Shown here in pieces: positions 56,985-64,000 of a stretch of 64,000 nt of DNA (its first letter is position 1; each line of letters begins with the position of its first letter). The notes under the pieces were generated by a model, which was not told the origin of the DNA, did no database searches, and worked only from the letters and a program-made list of their open reading frames with translations. A program made the translations under genes and the position numbers. Origin of the DNA: an uncultured Actinomycetes bacterium (GTDB lineage Bacteria; Actinomycetota; UBA4738; JBBDTT01); contig CAVUMN010000004.1 in assembly GCA_963742735.1 (NCBI GenBank), positions 1,024,001-1,088,000 on the forward strand, written 5' to 3'.

Positions 56985-59080
56985 GCACCCCGGAGACGAC
57001 GACCGACCTGGGAGACGCCCCCTTCCGCAGGCGCTACGACGCGTGGCGGCTCCGGCGGCGCCGCTCGCGCCAGGCCCGCCGCCCCAGCCCCGGCCGCCGC
57101 ATGACGATCGGGCTGATCGCGGTCGTGATCGTGCTCCTCGGCGCGTTCGGATGGTCCGTCTCGTACCTCACGCCCCGGACCGAGGGCACCCAGCTCTCCC
57201 TGGACGAGCTCGAGGCCCTTTCCGCGGAGCTCCGCGTGGAGACCGCGACCTTCCAGGACGAGGACAACCGCCTGGTCGGCGAGTTCTCGGCGCCGATCCC
57301 ACCCGCCCCCAGGCCCAGGCCGAGGGCCACCGCCTCGCCGAGCCCGTCGCCCGAGCCGGCGGTCGAGACCCCCGTCGGGTCCGGCGCGTACTGGGTGGCC
57401 TACCCGAAGGGCGGCGCGGCGTTCGCGGCCCTGTTCGACACGCTCACCGCCTCGGGCGCCCGCGTCGACGTCGACCCCCAGGTCTCCAAGACGGTCGTGC
57501 GCACCATCTCCACGTACCTGCTGCCCCTGCTCATCCTGGCCAGCGTGTTCGGCCTGCTGTTCGCCACCGGCCGGTCGGGCGGATCCGGCATCGGCGAGGT
57601 CATGACGTTCGGCACCATCGGCAAGAAGCGCTACTCGCGGGGCATGACCGCGCCGACCACCTTCGACGACGTGGGCAGCGCCGAGGAGGCGGTGACCGAG
57701 CTCAAGGAGGTCGTCGACTACCTCCAGGACCCGGATCGCTACGAGAAGATCGGCGCGACCCCGCCCAAGGGCGTCCTGCTGTACGGGCCCCCGGGGTGCG
57801 GCAAGACCCTGCTGGCCAAGGCCGTCGCCGGCGAGGCGAACGTGCCGTTCTTCTTCGTGGCCGGCGCGGAGTTCGTGGAGTCGCTGGTCGGCGTGGGCGC
57901 GGCCCGCGTGCGCGACCTGTTCCAGCGGGTCCGCGCGGTGGCGCCGGCGATCGTGTTCATCGACGAGCTCGACGCGGCCGGGCGCCGGCGCGGCCATGGC
58001 GGCGGCGAGGGCGGGAGCGACGAGCGCGAGCAGACCCTGAACCAGCTCCTGGTGGAGATGGACGGGTTCGAGGTCTCGGCGGGCATCGTGGTCGTCGGCG
58101 CGACGAACCGCCCCGACATCCTGGACCCGGCGCTGCTCCGCCCCGGCCGGTTCGACCGCCACATCACCGTCGAGCAGCCGGACCACGCCGGGCGGGTGGA
58201 GATCCTGAAGCTGCACGCCCGCGGCAAGCCCGTCGACGCCGACGTGGACTACGACTACCTGGCCAAGCGGACCCCCGGGTTCAGCGGCGCCGACCTGGCC
58301 AGCGTCATCAACGAGGGCGCGCTGCTCTCGATCCGCCACGGCCGCAACCACATCGGGACCGAGGACCTCGAGGAGGCCATCCAGCGCGTCCTCCACGGCC
58401 CGAAGCGCCGCGGCCGGCTGCTGACGCCGGAGGAGGAGCGGCGGTCGGCGTACCACGAGGCCGGCCACGCGGTGGTGGCGGCGGCCCTCGGCCGGGCCGA
58501 TCAGGTCCACCGCGTCTCGATCCTCGCCCGCGGCGGCGGCCTGGGGATCACCGCCCTGCAGCGCGACACCAGCGACTCGGTCCTGTTCACCGCGAGCCAG
58601 CTGTACTCGCGGCTGGTCACCGAGGTGGCCGGGCTCGCCGCGGAGTCCCTCGCGTTCGGCGAGATCTCCACCGGCGCCGAGCGCGACCTGGAGCACGCCA
58701 CGGAGATCGCCCGGGACATGGTCGCCCGCTACGGCATGTCGCCGTCCCTGGGACGGCCGCGCCTGATCGCCTCGGACGCGGAGCGGTTCCTGGGAAGCGA
58801 GGGCGCCCTCGGGCAGATCTCGCTGGAGACCGTCCAGGAGCTCGACCGCGAGGTGCGCCGGCTCATGGACCGGGCGGAGTCCGACGCCACGCGGATCCTC
58901 AAGGCGAACCGGCGCATCGTGGACGACCTCGCCCGGAAGCTCGAGAAGGAGGAGTCGCTCGAGGGCCGGCCGCTGGACACGATCCTCGGCAAGGTCCCGA
59001 CCTCGGCCGCCGCGGGCCTGGAGCCCTTCCCCGAGAACGGAACGCGGGTCCGGCGCAGGGCTCCCGCCCCCAAGCACTAG
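56981..59080 (+). CDS. ftsH: ATP-dependent zinc metalloprotease, FtsH homolog
   Basis: Two TM segments, PKGVLLYGPPGCGKT, FIDELDA, ATNRPDILDPALLRPGRFDR, HEAGH, STGA..D; GTGA overlap with the vWA gene. Confidence 0.9.
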   Translation: MSTPETTTDLGDAPFRRRYDAWRLRRRRSRQARRPSPGRRMTIGLIAVVIVLLGAFGWSVSYLTPRTEGTQLSLDELEALSAELRVETATFQDEDNRLVGEFSAPIPPAPRPRPRATASPSPSPEPAVETPVGSGAYWVAYPKGGAAFAALFDTLTASGARVDVDPQVSKTVVRTISTYLLPLLILASVFGLLFATGRSGGSGIGEVMTFGTIGKKRYSRGMTAPTTFDDVGSAEEAVTELKEVVDYLQDPDRYEKIGATPPKGVLLYGPPGCGKTLLAKAVAGEANVPFFFVAGAEFVESLVGVGAARVRDLFQRVRAVAPAIVFIDELDAAGRRRGHGGGEGGSDEREQTLNQLLVEMDGFEVSAGIVVVGATNRPDILDPALLRPGRFDRHITVEQPDHAGRVEILKLHARGKPVDADVDYDYLAKRTPGFSGADLASVINEGALLSIRHGRNHIGTEDLEEAIQRVLHGPKRRGRLLTPEEERRSAYHEAGHAVVAAALGRADQVHRVSILARGGGLGITALQRDTSDSVLFTASQLYSRLVTEVAGLAAESLAFGEISTGAERDLEHATEIARDMVARYGMSPSLGRPRLIASDAERFLGSEGALGQISLETVQELDREVRRLMDRAESDATRILKANRRIVDDLARKLEKEESLEGRPLDTILGKVPTSAAAGLEPFPENGTRVRRRAPAPKH

Positions 59081-59086
59081 CCGGGC

Positions 59087-59641
59087 TCAGGCCTCGTTCG
59101 GGTCGGGCACGATGGGGGCTTCGAAGGTCCCCCGGATCGAGCCGCTGGAGTCGTGCACGTCGATGGCGCCACAGACCCGCTCCTCGTCCGCGACCGAGAT
59201 CGTCATCTCCGAGCCCTCACCGCCGATCGTGGTGGGGAGGTAGCTGGAGTCCGCCGTCCGCGCGCCGGGGGAGAAGATCGTGTTCTCCCCGGTCACGTAG
59301 GGGTAGGTGCCCGGCGTGGGCAGCTCCTTGTCCATCCGGAACCAGTCGATCTCGATCACGTGGTTCCCCTCGGGGACCTCGTAGAACGACGTGTCGCCGG
59401 GCTCGAGGTCGTAGTCGGCGAAGAAGAGCTGGTAGTGGTCGCCGTACAGGGAGTCGTCCTCGACGACGAACACGAACGAGGTCGAGGGCTCCAGGGAGAA
59501 CTCCGGCATGCTCGAACCGACCGCCGTGAACGAGGTCGTCGCGGGACAGCTGCCCTGCGCGGGAGCCTCGACGGAGGGCGCGTCGTCGCCGCAGGCAACG
59601 AGGCCGAGGACCAGGATCAGCGGGGCGAGGCGGGAGAGCAC
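59087..59641 (-). CDS. Putative lipoprotein
   Basis: From GTG 59641: VLSRLAPLILVLGLVAC lipobox; acidic beta-rich body. Confidence 0.7.
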   Translation of the reverse strand: MLSRLAPLILVLGLVACGDDAPSVEAPAQGSCPATTSFTAVGSSMPEFSLEPSTSFVFVVEDDSLYGDHYQLFFADYDLEPGDTSFYEVPEGNHVIEIDWFRMDKELPTPGTYPYVTGENTIFSPGARTADSSYLPTTIGGEGSEMTISVADEERVCGAIDVHDSSGSIRGTFEAPIVPDPNEA

Positions 59642-59757
59642 GGCGGCAAGGATACGAGCGGAAGGGTCCCGCGCCCGGAGTTCGCCAAACTTTCTCCGAA
59701 CGACTTTGCGGGGCATCTGACCTGCGACGACGCGACGCCACCAGGGGTTTTGTCTCC

Positions 59758-59786
59758 TTGACCCTGAACGGGCCCGCCAGTACATT
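59758..59786 (+). promoter_or_regulatory. Sigma70-type promoter of the structured RNA
   Basis: TTGACC(59758-59763)-N17-TACATT(59781-59786); the predicted +1 at G59794 is the first paired base. Confidence 0.7.
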
Positions 59787-59793
59787 CCGCCTC

Positions 59794-60099
59794 GCTCCGA
59801 GGTGCTGGAGCGGTCGAATCAGGGAACCGAATGGGACCCCCTGGGAAAGCCGTAAGGCCGACTAGGCGCACCTGCTCGTACGGTTGGGAAGGCCAACTAG
59901 CTGTGCGGGTGGGGAGGCTTGGAAGGCCCCAAAGCCCAACGAAAGGGGTCATCATAAGGAAACCGAGACGGCGGCTAAGGTACCTCGGAGCACCTGACCC
60001 GAGGGGCTGACGGTGGCCGCGAGGTCGGTGGAAGGGGGGCTTGCTCCCCGGAAGCGGAGTCTCTGCGGCGAGCCGAAGGTCCCTCGGGTCTTTAACTTT
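59794..60099 (+). ncRNA. Unassigned highly structured non-coding RNA, about 300 nt
   Basis: GCTCCGAGGTGC(59794-59805)/GTACCTCGGAGC(59980-59991); GACCCC/GGGGTC; GCC-GTAA-GGC; GACCCGAGGG(59996-60005)/CCCTCGGGTC(60081-60090) then TTTAACTTT. No credible CDS. Confidence 0.7.
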
Positions 60100-60173
60100 C
60101 CCGCCTCCATCCGGTCGCCCGGGTGAGGGGCCCCGGGGGGTGGCGCCTGCGGTGGATCGGAGTGTCTCCTCGG

Positions 60174-60345
60174 GCCAACTCACCGAATATCGCGGCACCG
60201 CTATGTCTCCCAGAGGCTGGCGCCGCACACAAAGGGACGTTCCTGGAGTCTGAGCGGAACCGAGACGGACGCCGGGCGGCCGCGAGTCGAGCCGAACCGG
60301 CCGACGCAGCGAATATAGCGGGCTCGCGATATTCCGTGAGTGGGC
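60174..60345. repeat. 33-bp imperfect inverted repeat pair flanking 106 bp
   Basis: 60174-60206 GCCAACTCACCGAATATCGCGGCACCGCTATGT versus the reverse complement of 60313-60345 GCCCACTCACGGAATATCGCGAGCCCGCTATAT (27/33 identical). Confidence 0.7.
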
Positions 60346-60409
60346 GTTCGACAGAGCCTCGGTGTCGCTCTGGTTCTGCCTGACCCGCTTCAGCTCCTAC
60401 CAGTCAGGC

Positions 60410-60706
60410 TCATTGCTCCCTCAGCCAGCGTTCATAGGTCGGTTTCCGGCGCCATGGCAGCTTCCGCCAGAGCGGCCTTGAAGGCTCAGGCCAGAAGCAG
60501 CCGCCGGTATTACAACGCTCATCCGGGTCGTAGCCGGCATTGACGTGCTCGTATGCGAGGTGGAAGCAGACCCAATGCATCCGTTCGAACGTTTCGTAGT
60601 CCTGGGCGTTCACCCGAACTGGCTCCCCACAGCGAGCGCAGATGCGTGCTCCAGCCACCGCGTGGTCCACAGCGGGAGTCTTACGCACGCCAGGGTTCCA
60701 GTCCAC
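60410..60706 (-). CDS. Small Cys/His-rich (putative zinc-binding) hypothetical protein
   Basis: CARC...MHWVCFHLAYEH...DPDERCNTGGC; lower GC than its neighbours. Start uncertain. Confidence 0.55.
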   Translation of the reverse strand: MDWNPGVRKTPAVDHAVAGARICARCGEPVRVNAQDYETFERMHWVCFHLAYEHVNAGYDPDERCNTGGCFWPEPSRPLWRKLPWRRKPTYERWLREQ

Positions 60707-60761
60707 GAGATCGCCCGGAGCGGGTGCAAGAGTCGTACGGCAGGTTCGATACCCTTACGTC

Positions 60762-61308
60762 ATGCCCGGAGATGCGCTTATCGTCGTCGACGTGCAGGAG
60801 GGGTTCACGCGGCTCGGGAACCTCGCCAGCCCGGTGTGCACCGAGGCCATCCCGCGGATCGTCAGCGTCGTCGAGTCCGCCTTCAACGACGGCACTCCCG
60901 TCATCTTCACCAAGGACTCGCACGTCGAGAACGACCGCGAGTTCGAGATGTTCCCGCCGCACTGCATCGTGGGCACGCCCGAGCACGACCTGGTCGAGGA
61001 GCTGCGGCCCTTCGAGGGCCGCGCCACCGCGGTCATCGAGAAGCGCCGGTACTCCGCGTTCTTCGAGACCGACCTCGAGGGGCTGCTGCGAGAACCTCGG
61101 CGTCGAGGCGGTGCGCGTGGCCGGGCTGTGTACCGACATCTGCGTCCTGCACACCACCTCGGACCTGCGCAACCGCGACTACCCGGTGACCGTCCTGGCC
61201 GAGGGGTGTCAGACGTTCGACGCGCCGGGGCACGACCACGACGAGGTCAACCGGTGGGCGTTCGCCCACATGAAGGGGATCCTCGGCGCGACGGTCGAGG
61301 GGGAGTAG
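60762..61308 (+). CDS. Isochorismatase/nicotinamidase-family cysteine hydrolase, frameshifted near 61090
   Basis: ALIVVDVQEGF, TKDSH, FPPHCIVGT, KRRYSAFF; second frame VAGLCTDICV. Confidence 0.85.
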
Positions 61309-61313
61309 CGGCG

Positions 61314-62233
61314 GTGGCCCGGACGCTGCGGGCCCTGATGGTCTGGCTCACGTCGCTGGGCTTCGTCCGCAGGTTGATCGCCGACTCGGCCATGGGCCGT
61401 CGCGTCGCCCGGCGGTTCGTGGCCGGCGACACCCTCGACGAGGCGATCAAGACTGCAGGCGACCTCAACGATCGCGGGCTGGGGGCCATGCTCGACCTCC
61501 TGGGCGAGAACGTGACCAACGAGGAGCAGGCCGAGCGGGCTGCGGCCGGCTACGCCGCGGCGCTCCGCCGGATCGAGGCCACCGGCCTGGACGACGCGAA
61601 CATCTCGATCAAGCTCACCCAGCTCGGCCTGGACATCTCCGAGGACCTCTGCGTGGCGAACTGCGAGCGGGTCCTGCGGGCGGCGAACGGGACGCTGGTG
61701 ATGATCGACATGGAGTCCTCGGAGTACACCGAGCGCACCATCACCGTCTTCGAGAAGCTCCGCGCCGGCCACGACAACGTCGGCGTGTGCCTGCAGGCCG
61801 CGCTGCACCGCACGCCCGCCGACGTGTTCCGCATCGCCGCTCCGAGCGTGCCGATCCGGCTGGCCAAGGGCGCGTACCTGGAGCCGCCGGAGATCGCGAT
61901 CTCGGATCCGCGGGAGGTCGAGCAGGCGTTCGCCCGACTGGCCGCGACGGTCCTGAGCCTGGGCGCGAGCCTGCACATCGCCACCCACAACCCCGGCCTC
62001 CTCAACGGCGCCCGCAGATATCTGACGGACCGTCAGATCCCGAAGGACCGCTACGAGTTCCAGATGCTCTACGGGATCCGGCGCGACCTGCAGGACGCGA
62101 CTGAACGCCGCGCGGGTTCCCCGTTCGGGTGTACGTCCCCTACGGCTCGGAGTGGTACCCGTACCTCACGCGGAGGCTCGTCGAGCGTCCGGCGAATGTA
62201 TGGTTCTTCCTCTCCAATCTCCTCAGGCGGTGA
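61314..62233 (+). CDS. Proline dehydrogenase (monofunctional), frameshifted near 62105
   Basis: RRFVAG, DLLGE, SIKLTQLG, IDME, RLAKGAY, IATH, EFQMLYG; second frame RVYVPYGSEWYPYLTRRLVERPAN. Confidence 0.88.
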
Positions 62234-62240
62234 CGACGAG

Positions 62241-63069
62241 ATGAGCCGGAAGGTCGCCTTCCTCGGCGGCGGAAAGATGGGCGAGGCCCTGATCTCGGGC
62301 CTGCTGCGCGGCGGCGGCCGCTCGGCCGACGAGATCATGGTCACCGTGCGCCGCGAGGAGCGCGCGAAGGAACTGGCCGAGCGCTACGCGATCCAGACCT
62401 CGCTCTCGAACGTGGACGCGGCGGAGTGGGCCGAGGTCCTGGTCCTGTCGGTGAAGCCGCAGGACATGGAGGCGCTGCTGGAGCAGCTCGACGGCTCGGT
62501 CACCGGCGAGACCCTCGTCGTCTCCCTGGCCGCCGGCATCCGGACCGGCTTCATCGAGAAGCGTCTCCCCGAGGGCGTCACGGTCGTGCGGGTCATGTCG
62601 AACGTCGCCGTCGAGGTGGACGAGGCCATGTCCGTGATCAGCGCCGGCACCCACGCCGAGGACAAGCACCTCGCCGATCGCCGAGGAGCTCCTGTCGAGC
62701 GTGGGCAAGGTCATCCGCCTGTCGGAGACCTACCAGGACGGCGTCACCGCGCTGTCCGGATCGGGCCCCGCGTACTTCTTCCTGCTGGCCGAGGCGATGA
62801 TCGACTCGGGCATCCTGCTGGGGATGCCCCGCGACGTGGCGACCGACCTGATCATCCAGACGATGGTCGGCTCGGCGAAGATGCTGCGCGACACCGGCAA
62901 GCACCCGGTCGAGCTTCGGGAGATGGTCACCAGCCCCGGCGGCACCACGATCGTGGCCATCAAGCACCTGGAGCAGGCCGGCATCCGGGCCGCGTTCCTG
63001 AACGCGATCGACGCCGCCCGGGACCGCAGCGCCGAGCTCGCCAAGGGCGACGAGGCCGAGACCATCTAG
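62241..63069 (+). CDS. proC: Pyrroline-5-carboxylate reductase, frameshifted near 62678
   Basis: FLGGGKMG, LSVKPQ, SLAAG, RVMSN; second frame TALSGSGPAY, VTSPGGTT. Confidence 0.92.
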
Positions 63070-63105
63070 ATTCAAGCCTTCAGACTCGCGAAAGGACCGA
63101 CAGAC

Positions 63106-63219
63106 ATGGGCAGAGGAGACCGGCCGAAGGTGGCGTGGGCGCGCAAGCGCGAGCGCAAGTTCAAGGACCGCGTGAAGCGCACGGCCGAGACGAAGGGCGC
63201 CGAGCGCAAGAAGAAGTAG
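63106..63219 (+). CDS. 37-aa highly basic small protein
   Basis: MGRGDRPKVAWARKRERKFKDRVKRTAETKGAERKKK; RBS AAGGA; GC3-rich codons; below the ORF-track cutoff. Confidence 0.7.
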   Translation: MGRGDRPKVAWARKRERKFKDRVKRTAETKGAERKKK

Positions 63220-63241
63220 CGCCGACCGAAAGGGGACGAGG

Positions 63242-64000
63242 ATGTTCCCGCTCTCGAAGGGCAGGGTGGCGAAGCAGGCGCACGTCGGCCTGCCGGACGG
63301 CACCTACGAGGAGGAGCACGGCCGCGAGGCGTTCGAGGGCCGGGCCTCCCACCTGTACCGCACGCACCCGCCCACGGGCTGGGTCCGCATCGACGGCGAC
63401 CTGCAGCCCCGCGCGTACGACCTGAACGGGCTCAAGCCCGAGGACCTCACCGACGCGGCCGGCGACTGGGCTCGCATCCTGCACAACGAGGACCTGGCGA
63501 TCTTCGTGTCGCGGCGGACCGAGCCGACGCCGTGGTTCCTCCGCGACGCCGACGGCGACCTCTGCTACTTCGTCCACCACGGCACGGGGATGCTCGAGAC
63601 CGACTATGGCCCGCTGCGGTATCGCGACGGCGACTACCTGGTGGTGCCGAAGGGCACGACGCACCGGCTCGTCCCGGACGGCTCGGGCGAGACGTTCCTC
63701 TACGTCGTCGAGGGCCGCGGCGAGTACCGGCTGCCGGAAAAGGGGATCCTGGGCAAGCACGCGCTGTTCGATCCCGGCGTCATCGAGACGCCCGAGCCCG
63801 ACCCGCACGACGAGGAGGGCGAGTTCGAGGTCCGGGTGAAGCGCGGCAACGAGTACACGAAGCTGACGTTCCAGTGGCACCCGCTGGACGTGGTCGGCTG
63901 GCAGGGCGACCTGTGCCCGCTCCGGGTGAACGTCGAGGACTTCCGGCCGGTCGTCTCGCCGCGCTACCACTTGCCGCCGTCGGTGCACGTGACGTTCCTC
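63242..64000 (+). CDS. hmgA: Homogentisate 1,2-dioxygenase (runs off the window end)
   Basis: Manual translation: MFPLSKGRVAKQAHVGLPDGTYEEEHGREAFEGRASHLYRTHPPTGW...DADGDLCYFVHHGTG.LETDYG...HPLDVVGWQG...RYHLPPSVHVTF. Confidence 0.88.
   Translation, partial: MFPLSKGRVAKQAHVGLPDGTYEEEHGREAFEGRASHLYRTHPPTGWVRIDGDLQPRAYDLNGLKPEDLTDAAGDWARILHNEDLAIFVSRRTEPTPWFLRDADGDLCYFVHHGTGMLETDYGPLRYRDGDYLVVPKGTTHRLVPDGSGETFLYVVEGRGEYRLPEKGILGKHALFDPGVIETPEPDPHDEEGEFEVRVKRGNEYTKLTFQWHPLDVVGWQGDLCPLRVNVEDFRPVVSPRYHLPPSVHVTFL

Noticed and set aside
59794-60099. RNase P RNA, tmRNA, SRP RNA, Ms1, c-di-AMP/cobalamin/T-box riboswitch or hammerhead ribozyme
   Set aside because: Hallmark sequences (GAGGAAAGTCC, tRNA-like ends, CAGG..GGAAGG.AGCAG, GTCAGCTAAC, CTGANGA...GAAA core) were not found by eye. 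An Rfam scan is still needed.
59617-60383. ORFs 59617..60228, 60041..60253 and 60123..60383 as proteins
   Set aside because: No motifs, atypical codon usage, and they overlap a region better explained by RNA structure and inverted repeats.

Overview
High-GC actinobacterial chromosomal segment: it carries mshA, glnR, glnE, an RsiG/AmfC-like gene and an HBHA-like gene. At least six conserved genes are broken by single frameshifts, which suggests an error-prone long-read or metagenome assembly. The core content is a nitrogen cluster (nadE, glnA2, glnE, glnA, glnR, with GlnR-like boxes), sulfate assimilation (cysH/sat), acyl-CoA metabolism, signalling proteins, mshA, an ftsH homolog, proline genes and hmgA. 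The accessory region downstream of a tRNA-Lys(UUU) (1-14200) holds the best candidate for a new system, a pearlin-type RiPP cluster (about 4810-14197). It encodes a stand-alone LanB-N/PEARL enzyme and a 66-aa acidic scaffold peptide ending DLEEVEQLEYKVAL, hidden at the end of a spurious long ORF and coupled to both neighbours by GTGA overlaps. It also encodes two methyltransferase-rhodanese fusions (one with Cys, one with Ser at the active site) and an RRE-M50 protease, flanked by an orphan SufS-type desulfurase, an EF-hand protein and a PLP decarboxylase. A second strong signal is an unassigned, highly structured RNA of about 300 nt with its own promoter and U-rich end (59794-60099), followed by a 33-bp inverted repeat pair. 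All family assignments come from motif recognition by eye; no database searches were run.
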